From the IMG/VR virus record IMGVR_UViG_3300044691_000566, positions 32,001-96,000 of that record: a stretch of 64,000 nt of DNA; one strand, written 5' to 3'. This DNA comes from a virus. Below are positions 36,238-44,923 of this stretch, in pieces (positions within the stretch are counted from its first letter, which is position 1; every line of letters begins with the position of its first letter). The notes beneath the pieces were generated by a model. The model was not told the DNA's origin. It did not search any database and was given only the letters and a program-made list of their open reading frames with translations. A program made the position numbers and the translations under genes.

Positions 36238-37194
36238 GTGAAAGACGAGTTCGGCACCCGCATGAAGCTGTACGAGAAGGTCACCCGGATGGTGCTGCCG
36301 CCGCGCACCTTCACGATTATCCGGGTGGACGGCAGGACCTTCCACACGTACCTGAAGAAGGCCGACAAGCCCTTCGACCAGAAGGTGGTCTTCGGCATGG
36401 ACTACGCGGCGAGGCGGCTGTGCGAGGAGATATCCGGCGCGGTCTTCGCCTACGCCCAGTCCGACGAGATCAGCATCCTGCTGACCGACCTGGGCCCCAG
36501 GACCGAGCCGTGGTTCGGCGGCTCGGTGCAGAAGATGGCCTCGGTGGCCGCTTCGATCGCTACGGCCGCCTTCAACGAGGTCTACCTGCCCAGTCCCGAG
36601 GAGGACCAGGAGCGCAGGCCGGGCAGCGCCACCTTCGACGCCCGGGTGTACACGATCCCCTCCCGCATCGAGGTGGCCAACTACTTTCTGTGGCGGCAGA
36701 AGGACGCGATCCGCAACGCGGTGAGCATGGCGGCGCACGCGAACTTCGAAAACTACGAACTGGGCGGTCTGAACCTGGCCCGGCAACAGGAGCTGCTGTT
36801 CCGGAAGCGGGGGATCAACTTCAAGACCGCGTACACCGACCGGGACCGGCGCGGGGGAGTGGTGGTCTACGAGAGTTACATGCTCCACCGCGCCAGCACC
36901 CAGCACCTCCTCCCGGACCGCGCCGTCCGGGAGGGACCCAAGCTGTCCCCCGTGGAGCGCCACCAGTGGACCGCCAGGGCCGCCCCGGACTTCACCCTGG
37001 ACAACGGGGGCTTCCTGGCCCTCCAGATCCCGCAGGAGCCCTCCGACGCCCTCCAGCCGATGGTCCCCGAGTGCATCCACGAGGCGTGGGAGGAGGGGCA
37101 CGGGGGTACCCCCTATCAGTGCACCGACTGCGACCACGTCTTCACTCCGGCAGAGATCGACGCACGCAAGTGGAACACCAGGGACGGGGTCTGA
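36238..37194 (+). CDS. tRNA(His) guanylyltransferase / Thg1-like protein
   Basis: RVDGRTFH, KPFD, YAQSDEIS, QKMAS, FDARV, YF.WRQ.D..RN. Confidence 0.92.
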   Translation: MKDEFGTRMKLYEKVTRMVLPPRTFTIIRVDGRTFHTYLKKADKPFDQKVVFGMDYAARRLCEEISGAVFAYAQSDEISILLTDLGPRTEPWFGGSVQKMASVAASIATAAFNEVYLPSPEEDQERRPGSATFDARVYTIPSRIEVANYFLWRQKDAIRNAVSMAAHANFENYELGGLNLARQQELLFRKRGINFKTAYTDRDRRGGVVVYESYMLHRASTQHLLPDRAVREGPKLSPVERHQWTARAAPDFTLDNGGFLALQIPQEPSDALQPMVPECIHEAWEEGHGGTPYQCTDCDHVFTPAEIDARKWNTRDGV

Positions 37195-37196
37195 CG

Positions 37197-37445
37197 ATGG
37201 CTGAGCAGCAGACGATGGAGGAATTGCTGAGCGACCGCCTGGCCGCCCTCATCAAGCCCCGGGAGGCGGCCACGGTCCGGGAGGTCTTCCGGATCCTCGG
37301 TGACGACGACATAGCCAGGGCCTGGATCATCGGCATGAACTCCTTCCTGGACGACGAGTCCCCGCTGGTGTGCATCATCCGGGGCGAGAGCGAGAAGGTC
37401 CTGCGGGCCGCCCGCGCCCAGGACGAGGGCACGGTGAGCGCGTGA
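37197..37445 (+). CDS. MbcA/ParS/Xre antitoxin C-terminal-like domain
   Basis: ARAWIIGMN.FLDD.SPL..I..G...VL.AA. Confidence 0.6.
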   Translation: MAEQQTMEELLSDRLAALIKPREAATVREVFRILGDDDIARAWIIGMNSFLDDESPLVCIIRGESEKVLRAARAQDEGTVSA

Positions 37446-38155
37446 CCAGTCTGGGCGACCAACTCGCCAAGAGCCGCAAGAGGTTCGAGACCGAGATCCG
37501 TGGTCACACGATGGAGGTGCTCAGGAACGACGACGTCTACCGGCACCTGCGGTTCCGGAACCGCAAGGACAGCGCCTACTGGTTCGAGATCCACACCGGC
37601 CCCAACTTCCTGCTGTTCCGGGGCGACGGCGACTCCTATGTCTTCTCCAACGGCGACAGCGACATGTTCCGGTCCTTCCGGCACAGCATCTACAAGGACG
37701 GGTCCCTGCACCCGGATCCCGGGTACTGGACGCAGAAGCTGTCCTCCTCCGAGCAGGCCGAGAAGTGGGACACCGACGTCTTCCAGGAGGACCTGGAGAA
37801 GCAGATCGCCGACCTGGTCGAGCAGGAGATCCTCCCCGAGCGGCACGAGAAGCGCTTCCGTGAGGACGTGGAGGCGCACCTGATGTACGAGGACCTGTAC
37901 TCCGCCGACCTGGTCATCAAGTGCCTGATGGAGTTCGACTTCTACTTCGACAAGGCTGACCGCTTCGACCCCAAGCACGAGCCGGACCTGGACTTCGACG
38001 AGTGCTGGGAATGGGTCACCAAGTGCACCGAGTACGACTGGTGGTACCTGTGGGCGCTGCACGGCATCTGCTGGGGTGTCCACCAGTTCGACAAGAAGTT
38101 CGGCCGCCCCGGGGTCGCGGTGGACCTGGCCATGGCCGGAGCTGAGGTCGGATGA
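37442..38155 (+). CDS. conserved phage protein
   Basis: H.M.V...D.VYRHLRF...T.P..L...GD...YVF...DMF..FR...YW..KL. Confidence 0.8.
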   Translation: MTSLGDQLAKSRKRFETEIRGHTMEVLRNDDVYRHLRFRNRKDSAYWFEIHTGPNFLLFRGDGDSYVFSNGDSDMFRSFRHSIYKDGSLHPDPGYWTQKLSSSEQAEKWDTDVFQEDLEKQIADLVEQEILPERHEKRFREDVEAHLMYEDLYSADLVIKCLMEFDFYFDKADRFDPKHEPDLDFDECWEWVTKCTEYDWWYLWALHGICWGVHQFDKKFGRPGVAVDLAMAGAEVG

Positions 38156-38604
38156 TCGAGTACGAGCCGAGGGACACCGACCGGGAGTGGCCGGTGGCGC
38201 TGCTCCCGGGCGCGGCGGTGCGGCAGCTCAACTGGATGGTGCATGAAGGCCATATCGGTGAGGAGGCGGCTCAGAAGGTGTGGGACATGCTGGTGGCGCC
38301 GCTGTACGACACCCGGCAGGCTGGCCGTGACTGGCCGCGCCAGCAATGCCGGGTGTGCCAGGCCCTGCACCCGTCCCACCGGGACTACGAGCGGTCCGTC
38401 TACCGGCGGGCCCATCAGATGCGTTGCCCCAAGTACGTCGGTCCGCTGGAGCACCGACGCAACCGTTCCGACGTGATGTTCATGGGACACATCAACATCG
38501 AATGCACGTGCGGGACGCGTTACAACGAGCTGGACACCGAGGACAGTCCGCAGAACTGTCCGGACGCGGCTGTCGACTGGCGGGGTCCGCGCCCCGTACA
38601 GTGA
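38152..38604 (+). CDS. Cys-containing protein
   Basis: ATGA overlap. Confidence 0.7.
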   Translation: MIEYEPRDTDREWPVALLPGAAVRQLNWMVHEGHIGEEAAQKVWDMLVAPLYDTRQAGRDWPRQQCRVCQALHPSHRDYERSVYRRAHQMRCPKYVGPLEHRRNRSDVMFMGHINIECTCGTRYNELDTEDSPQNCPDAAVDWRGPRPVQ

Positions 38605-38702
38605 GCACGCCACTTGTTGTTGCTCCACTACACCCCCTTCCGGCCTCGCCGTGAGGGGGTGTAGTGCTTTACCCTGCACTTTGGCCGCACCTGAGGAGAT
38701 CA

Positions 38703-39278
38703 GTGGACGACGAGATAGAGTCTGCGCTTGTGGAGGGGTGGGACGAGAGCATTCACGAGGCCCAACTTCGTCTCGCGTCGCTGGATCAGGCGTTCCGCAT
38801 TGTCCGGGAGCATCCGCACCAGAACGAGGTCTTGCTCCGTGCCGACATGTGGCGGCTCGCGGGCGAGATCGTGGCGTGGGCCTCCCGGCGCACCCCGGCT
38901 CATATCAGGATCGTCACCATCGGTGACGTCACGACGCAACAGGAGAAGGCACCGATGCAGATCCATGACAACGAGCAGTTCACCGTGACCATCGAGGTCG
39001 ACGATGCCAAGGGTGCCCCGATCACGGGTGACGCGGTCACCGTGACCAGCGCCGACACCACCGTGGCCACCGTCGTGGCCGAGGCCGACGGCGTGACCTA
39101 CACGGTCGTGGCGGGCCTGCCGGGCTCCACCGTCGTGACCTTCGACGCGGGCCTCGACGCCAACGGCAACGCGGTCACCGCGACCGAGGCCGTGGACGTC
39201 GTCGCGGGCGGTGTCGCCACCGTCAAGATCACCGAGGGTGCCGTCGTCCCGCAGCCCCCGGCCACTCCGGCCGCCTGA
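38703..39278 (+). CDS. protein with C-terminal Ig-like domain; likely internal start at 38955
   Basis: T/V-rich beta region (TSADTTVATV); internal RBS AGGAGAAGG before ATG 38955. Confidence 0.65.
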   Translation: MDDEIESALVEGWDESIHEAQLRLASLDQAFRIVREHPHQNEVLLRADMWRLAGEIVAWASRRTPAHIRIVTIGDVTTQQEKAPMQIHDNEQFTVTIEVDDAKGAPITGDAVTVTSADTTVATVVAEADGVTYTVVAGLPGSTVVTFDAGLDANGNAVTATEAVDVVAGGVATVKITEGAVVPQPPATPAA

Positions 39279-39293
39279 CGCTCCTGGCAGACG

Positions 39294-39399
39294 CACGAAG
39301 GCCCCCACCCGATATGGGTGGGGGCCTTCGTGTTGTTCCCCTGCCGTGCCCTGCCATGCCCAGCCTTGCCGCGCCGTGCCGAGGACTTGACTGTATCAG
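39294..39399 (+). repeat. hairpin-(NNGCC)8-TTGACTGTATCAG element, copy 2
   Basis: Direct inspection. Confidence 0.85.
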
Positions 39400-39470
39400 G
39401 GGCAGAGGGGATTTGCTGGCGCTTCCGGCCCAACTGCCTGACCCGGATGGGGTATTCCTTCCCAAAAGTC

Positions 39471-39500
39471 TTGTCCTACCAAGAATAGTTGGAGTAGGGT
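39471..39500 (+). promoter_or_regulatory. promoter (variant)
   Basis: TTGTCC-TACCAAGAATAGTTGGAG-TAGGGT. Confidence 0.6.
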
Positions 39501-39529
39501 CAGGGGATCCCGCCATCCCGGAGGTACCG

Positions 39530-39712
39530 ATGGACACTGACGTCCCGCTGAGCGCCCTCCTCCAGAAGATCGATGCCGTTCTGCTCTCCCAGGGCACCGA
39601 CCCCGCGTCCATCTCCGACACCGACAAAATCATGCTCGCCGTGCAGTACGTGGAGATCGCCTTCTCCCGGGGACTCACCGTCGCGGCCCACCTGGAGATG
39701 TACCGCCTATGA
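39530..39712 (+). CDS. hypothetical protein
   Basis: GGAGG RBS. Confidence 0.65.
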   Translation: MDTDVPLSALLQKIDAVLLSQGTDPASISDTDKIMLAVQYVEIAFSRGLTVAAHLEMYRL

Positions 39713-39915
39713 TCTGCGAATCCGTACACCCGCTCCGTCCGGACATGTTCTGCGACAAGGAGACCCCCTGCACCGGCTACCACGCCAACGCCGGGCACGG
39801 CCTGGTGTGGCCCCACGAAAAGGGCCTGCCGTCGGTCTCCCCGCCGCCGCAGAAGAAGGGGGCGGCCACCCGCAAGGTGCAGCTCGTCCAGATCGCCCGG
39901 CGCGCCCAGCGCTGA
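39709..39915 (+). CDS. small Cys/His protein
   Basis: ATGA overlap. Confidence 0.6.
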   Translation: MICESVHPLRPDMFCDKETPCTGYHANAGHGLVWPHEKGLPSVSPPPQKKGAATRKVQLVQIARRAQR

Positions 39916-39939
39916 ACTCCCGCCAGAGAGGTTTTTAAA

Positions 39940-40521
39940 ATGCTCGCAGACTTCCAGATACGCAAAGCCGTCGAAGACTGCTGGATCAGCGTCAAGCCCT
40001 TCCGCGAGGAGCACCTCAACCCCGTCTCGCTCGACCTGACCCTCGGCAATACCGTCCGGACCGTCCGGCGCGATGTCCAGATCATCGACACCGCGATGGC
40101 CGACGTCGAGCCCAACACCACCTACTACGGATGCGTCCCCTCCTGGCACCCCCACACCGACGAGGGGGTCATCCACGCCGACGGCTACCACCTGCGCCCC
40201 CGCGAGTTCATCCTGGCCAGCACCGCCGAGCGCATCGAGCTGTCCTCGTTCATCGCCGCCCGGGTGGAGGGCAAGTCCTCCCTGGGCCGCCTGGGACTGC
40301 TGGTGCACGTGACCGCCGGATTCGTCGACCCCGGCTTCGAGGGCGAACTGACCCTGGAGATCGCCAATCTCTCCGACGTCACGCTTGTCCTGTACGCGGG
40401 CATGCGGGTCTGCCAGCTCACGTTCGAGACCGTCGAACCGCCCGAGCAGGACTACCGGCACACGGGCCGCTACCAGGGCCAGACCGGACCCACCGAGTCC
40501 CGGTACCGCCACATTCGCTGA
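39940..40521 (+). CDS. dcd: dCTP deaminase
   Basis: NPVSLDLTL, EGKSSLGRLGL.VH.TAGFVDPGF.G.LTLE, GRYQGQ. Confidence 0.95.
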   Translation: MLADFQIRKAVEDCWISVKPFREEHLNPVSLDLTLGNTVRTVRRDVQIIDTAMADVEPNTTYYGCVPSWHPHTDEGVIHADGYHLRPREFILASTAERIELSSFIAARVEGKSSLGRLGLLVHVTAGFVDPGFEGELTLEIANLSDVTLVLYAGMRVCQLTFETVEPPEQDYRHTGRYQGQTGPTESRYRHIR

Positions 40522-40553
40522 ACGCACGACGTCCTGCGCCGAGCGCACACGAC

Positions 40554-40650
40554 GAAGCCCCCTCCGGTGATCCGGAGGGGGCTTCTCCCTGCCATGCCCT
40601 GCGCTGCCATGCCGCGCCTCGCCATGCCGTGCAAGACCTGACTTTATCAG
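40554..40650 (+). repeat. hairpin-(NNGCC)9-CTGACTTTATCAG element, copy 3
   Basis: Direct inspection. Confidence 0.85.
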
Positions 40651-40679
40651 TCCCATGGTTCTCCGATCGCCGCCGAATG

Positions 40680-40713
40680 CTGTCCTCCGGCACCCTCGGC
40701 CCCGGAAGAGGTG
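40680..40713 (+). promoter_or_regulatory. candidate late promoter
   Basis: CTGTC-N20-GAAGAGGTG. Confidence 0.7.
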
Positions 40714-40723
40714 GAGGACACAC

Positions 40724-42994
40724 GTGGACGAGGACGACGAGGGCTTCGAGCTGTGGCCGCAGGGCTGGCAGCCCGACACCCCTGTCCGCGAAACCATGCG
40801 GGAGCACCAGAAGGTGCACCGCAGTCCTTCACCGAGTGACCTCAAAGTCCGGCGGCGCAACCGCCGGACGACTGCTGGAGGAGACGTGCAGACACGCGCC
40901 CAACTCGTCCGCGCTCTGGGCAAGGCCGCGAGCCTGGCCGAGCAGGCGCGAATCGCCGACGAGATTGCCAAGATCGACAACGGCCTGCGCACCCAGGCCG
41001 CCCAGGACCGGGACCTGGATCTCGCCGACACCGTGGTCCGCGACACCCTCACCCCCGTGCGGGTCCACGAGCACCACACCGCCGCCACCGACTGGATGGG
41101 TGACGAGACCGCCCCCGACCCCCAGTGGCAGGCCAAGGTCGTCGCCGAGGCCGCCCTCTGGTACGGCCGCGTCCCCGACATGGTCAAGGAGGACCCGGAG
41201 GAGTACGCCATCCAGGCGCAGGGCATGGCCCGCCGCGTCGCCGGACCCTACGGCCTCCAGGCCGAGGCCGCCAAGACCGCGTTCTTGAGCTACGCCGCGT
41301 TCCTCCACCAGGGCGCCTCCGGCCTGGACCAGATCCAGCAGACCGTCGACCCCAGCAACGCACCGAAGACCACCCCGCTGCCGCCCGAGGTCTTCGACAA
41401 TTTTGCCCCCGAGGTCGACCCGATCAACGCGGGCGTCTCCGGCACCGAGACCTCCGAGCGCAACCCTCTCCTCCAGGAGATCGTCAACGGCGGCTCCGGC
41501 ATGGACGGCGGCGCCCCCGAAAAGCCCGGCGGCCACTCCGAGGGCAACGAGCTGTCCTGGAACCCCCCGTCCGGCATGCAGGCCGACACCGCCCCCGGCT
41601 GGTCCGACGGCGACCCCGGCGCCCCCGAGCAGGGCGGCAACCGCCCCGACTACACCAAGGCCGCCTCGCTCCGCTTCGTCCCCGGCATGGCCATCCAGCA
41701 CACGATGACCATGGACCAGTACCTCGCCGAACAGGCCAGCACCGCCCGCACTGCGAGCAAGGCCGCCAGCCTGGGAAAATGCGTCGGCTGCGGGACTGAC
41801 CTGTCGGTCGGGAACGCGGCCGACCGCGAGGGCAAGGTCTGCAAGGGTTGCGCCAAGACCGCCTCCAGGCGGCAGGCGGCCTCCGGGCTGCCGCAGATCC
41901 AGCAGACCGTGGACGCCGACAACCAGCCCTCCACCACCCCGCTGCCCCCGGAGGTCGCCTTCCCGCTGGACGACACCATGCAGCAGGAGTGGACCACCAA
42001 CGGCACCGGCAACGCGGCGCCCGGCGCCCCGCAGACCGCGCCCAAGGCCGCCAGGCGCAAGCAGGCCGACATGTGGGGCAACTCCGACGCCCCGCACGCC
42101 GTGGTCCAGCCCGACGTGGCCAACAACCCCACCACCACCCCGCCGACGGCCGCAGGCGCCGGGGGAGCGGCAGCGGGGAAGGCCGACGCCAACAGCGGGC
42201 AGGCCCCCACCTTTGCCGACAACTCCTCCTCCATCCCGGCCCCGGCCCAGCAGTACGCCGAGGGCTTCAGCGGCGTCGACCAGACCGCCAAAGCCCCCGC
42301 CGCCGACGTCCCCGCCTCCATGGCCGGACCCGGCAACGGCGTCACCCACGCGGGCACCAAGGTCTCCTCCCTGATCACCACCGCCGCCGAACGCGCCAAC
42401 ACCGACTTCAAGAAGGGCTACGGCTACGCCTCCCGGTGGACCCCGGGCACCCGCCTGGTCTCCACCGGCTCCAGCGAATTCGAAGCCGGACTGTACGCGG
42501 GCATCTCTGATAACCCCGGTTATCAGAAGGCGTTCGTGGAAGCCCACCGCGACGCGTCCACCGCCTTCCCCAAGATCGCCGCCCGCGTCGACCAGCACAA
42601 GCGCGTCACCGCCCGCGTCGTGGCCAACAACGAGGTCCCCTCCAACGGCCTCTATCTGCTGGCGTCCACCTCCATGGACCTCAACACCACCGCGCCCAAC
42701 ACCACCCCGGCCGCCGACGGCTCCACCCCCATCAACGGCCCCGGCCAGCCCGGCCCGCTCGCGGGGGAGCAGAACGCCGCAGCCCCCGGCGGACCGGCCC
42801 CCTACAACGGCGCCGAGCCCTACGGCACGCCGGTCGTCCCCGGCGCAGGACAGGCCCCTCAGGCGCCCAACCCGGCCGACGCCCTGGTCGGCGGTGGGGG
42901 AATGTCCACCGAGCAGCAGGTGATGGCGTCCCAGACCCTGGCCTTCCGCAAGCGCGTGCAGGCAACCCTGCTGGCCGAACGCCAGGGGAAGTGA
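40724..42994 (+). CDS. putative virion head/internal protein (alternative start 40886)
   Basis: First gene of the late cluster; internal duplication; many [KRH]-x-A motifs. Confidence 0.7.
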   Translation: MDEDDEGFELWPQGWQPDTPVRETMREHQKVHRSPSPSDLKVRRRNRRTTAGGDVQTRAQLVRALGKAASLAEQARIADEIAKIDNGLRTQAAQDRDLDLADTVVRDTLTPVRVHEHHTAATDWMGDETAPDPQWQAKVVAEAALWYGRVPDMVKEDPEEYAIQAQGMARRVAGPYGLQAEAAKTAFLSYAAFLHQGASGLDQIQQTVDPSNAPKTTPLPPEVFDNFAPEVDPINAGVSGTETSERNPLLQEIVNGGSGMDGGAPEKPGGHSEGNELSWNPPSGMQADTAPGWSDGDPGAPEQGGNRPDYTKAASLRFVPGMAIQHTMTMDQYLAEQASTARTASKAASLGKCVGCGTDLSVGNAADREGKVCKGCAKTASRRQAASGLPQIQQTVDADNQPSTTPLPPEVAFPLDDTMQQEWTTNGTGNAAPGAPQTAPKAARRKQADMWGNSDAPHAVVQPDVANNPTTTPPTAAGAGGAAAGKADANSGQAPTFADNSSSIPAPAQQYAEGFSGVDQTAKAPAADVPASMAGPGNGVTHAGTKVSSLITTAAERANTDFKKGYGYASRWTPGTRLVSTGSSEFEAGLYAGISDNPGYQKAFVEAHRDASTAFPKIAARVDQHKRVTARVVANNEVPSNGLYLLASTSMDLNTTAPNTTPAADGSTPINGPGQPGPLAGEQNAAAPGGPAPYNGAEPYGTPVVPGAGQAPQAPNPADALVGGGGMSTEQQVMASQTLAFRKRVQATLLAERQGK

Positions 42995-43004
42995 GGATTT
43001 CAAA

Positions 43005-44387
43005 ATGAGTGATCTGTGGACCGAGGCGTCCTACGACGCCGAGGCCGAATACCGGACCCGGAACCTGGAGATGGCCAAGCAGGCCAGCACCGGCATCTGG
43101 TCCTTCCTTGCCCTCGCCCAGTCCCCGCAGGAGTACGACGACCGGGTGGCCCTGGCCACCGACTCCATCACCGTGGCCGCCCACGCCTTCCAGGTCCCCG
43201 CCGACGACCTCCTGACGGTCTTCGCCCAGCGCTACGCCCTGCTGATGGAGGCCAAGGACAACCCCTTCGCCAACGATTCTCAGGACGACTCCGGGGACGA
43301 CTCCAAAGAATCCAAGGGCGACTCCCATGACGAGGACGACTCCCATGACGACTCTCATGACGACTCTCATGACGACTCCGATGACGACGAGAACGGCGAC
43401 GACACCGGAGACGGCGACGACGAAGACGACGACAAGGGCAACAAGGGCGACGGCGCCGACGACGTAGACGACCAGACCGACCCCGACGACGACGGCGACC
43501 AGGACAACGCCGACAACGACGACAAGGGCCAGTCCCAGGACCCCGACCAGGACGACGACGAGGCCAAGGGCACCACCCAGGGCATCTCCCCCTGGGGGAG
43601 CCGCTACGCCGCCCTGGCCCAGCGCATCGCAGCGGGCGAAAACCCGCTGGAATGGGGTGGTACCCCTTTCGTCGGTAGCCCCGCCCGCAAGCACGCGGCG
43701 GACGGGGCACCCGACACCCAGGCAGGCCCCGAAGGCCCCGCCGGACCCAACGAGCCCGCCCCGCCCGGAGAGCCCGGAACGGAACCCCCCACCGCCCCCG
43801 GCGGACCCGTCACGCCCCCGCAGGAGCCCCTCGTCCCCGGCATGAACGGCGGCATCGCCGAGACCACCAAACCCCGCCAGCTCCCCGCAGACGGCGGCAT
43901 GGACCCCACCACGGGCCCCGGCATGGGCATGGACGGCATCCCCGGCGAATTCAACCCCACCATGAACGGCGGCGACATCGAACAGGGAGCCGACAGCGGC
44001 CCCACCGCACCCGACGAAGCCCGCACCGCCAAACTCCGCACCATCACCGCCGAGGTCAAGCACTACAACCCCGCCCTCACCCCGGCCCAGTGCCACAACG
44101 TCGCCGTACGCGTCTACGAGCGGTACCTCCACAAGCACGCCGAGGACGTCAACCCGCTCCTGTACGGAGACCGGGGCCCCGTACCCGACGGGCCCCTCAC
44201 CGACGCCGTCAAAAAGTGGTCCCCCACCGACATGAAACCCCCCAAGACCACCCCCGGCATGCCCGGCGCAGCCCCCGGCGGATCAAGCACCCCCGGACTG
44301 CCCTCCGGAGGCGCGGGCGGAGGAGCAGGCGAACTGGCCGCCGGGGAAGGCACCGCCGCCGAACTCCTCCCCCTCCTGGCCCTGTAG
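43005..44387 (+). CDS. putative virion protein with Asp-rich tract
   Basis: D-rich and P/G-rich linkers; KQA, KHA and RTA motifs. Confidence 0.7.
   Translation: MSDLWTEASYDAEAEYRTRNLEMAKQASTGIWSFLALAQSPQEYDDRVALATDSITVAAHAFQVPADDLLTVFAQRYALLMEAKDNPFANDSQDDSGDDSKESKGDSHDEDDSHDDSHDDSHDDSDDDENGDDTGDGDDEDDDKGNKGDGADDVDDQTDPDDDGDQDNADNDDKGQSQDPDQDDDEAKGTTQGISPWGSRYAALAQRIAAGENPLEWGGTPFVGSPARKHAADGAPDTQAGPEGPAGPNEPAPPGEPGTEPPTAPGGPVTPPQEPLVPGMNGGIAETTKPRQLPADGGMDPTTGPGMGMDGIPGEFNPTMNGGDIEQGADSGPTAPDEARTAKLRTITAEVKHYNPALTPAQCHNVAVRVYERYLHKHAEDVNPLLYGDRGPVPDGPLTDAVKKWSPTDMKPPKTTPGMPGAAPGGSSTPGLPSGGAGGGAGELAAGEGTAAELLPLLAL
43320..43385 (+). repeat. 12-bp coding tandem repeat (DSHD)
   Basis: GACTC(C/T)CATGAC units. 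Confidence 0.7.
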
Positions 44388-44391
44388 AGCC

Positions 44392-44880
44392 GTGATCAAC
44401 GACGGCTCCCGGGTCCGCTACACCGGCCACGAGGACGGCCCCCTGATTCGTGGGGACCAGGGCTCCGTCCTCGTGGCCTCCGGCCACGCCGCCCACGTCC
44501 AGTGGCGCACAGGAGCCCTCGCCGGACAGGTCACCCTCCACGACACCGACACCGACGACATCGAACCCCTCACCCCCCGCCAGGGCGCCGTGGAAGACGC
44601 CCTCGACGACTCCCTGGACGTCGAGGGCCTCGGCACCTTCACCGCCCGCCAGATCTACGACGAAGGCGGCTCAGAAGCCCTCCTCAACGCCATGGCCGAC
44701 GCCGGACGCCTCGCCGCCTTCCAGGAAATAGCCGAAGACGCCCTCGCCCTGGTCGCCGAACGCATACGCACCTCCGCCGCCTTCACCACCGTGGCCGTCC
44801 ACCTGGACGAAGACGAAGCCGACGAGATGGTCCGCCTGGCCGCCGCAGCCCTCATCCGGGACGCCTACCACACCCCCTGA
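44392..44880 (+). CDS. hypothetical late protein
   Basis: ORF in late operon; SH3-like N-terminus. Confidence 0.7.
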   Translation: MINDGSRVRYTGHEDGPLIRGDQGSVLVASGHAAHVQWRTGALAGQVTLHDTDTDDIEPLTPRQGAVEDALDDSLDVEGLGTFTARQIYDEGGSEALLNAMADAGRLAAFQEIAEDALALVAERIRTSAAFTTVAVHLDEDEADEMVRLAAAALIRDAYHTP

Positions 44881-44913
44881 TGTCCACCACGCCCGATCTC
44901 CGCCGAAAGGTTG
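44880..44913 (+). promoter_or_regulatory. candidate late promoter (variant)
   Basis: ATGTC-N20-GAAAGGTTG. Confidence 0.6.
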
Positions 44914-44923
44914 GAGGTGGACA

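Noticed and set aside
38626-38666. Seventh late-promoter copy (GAGGGGGTG)
   Set aside because: The upstream half reads CTACA, not TGTC, and the match is one arm of a hairpin.
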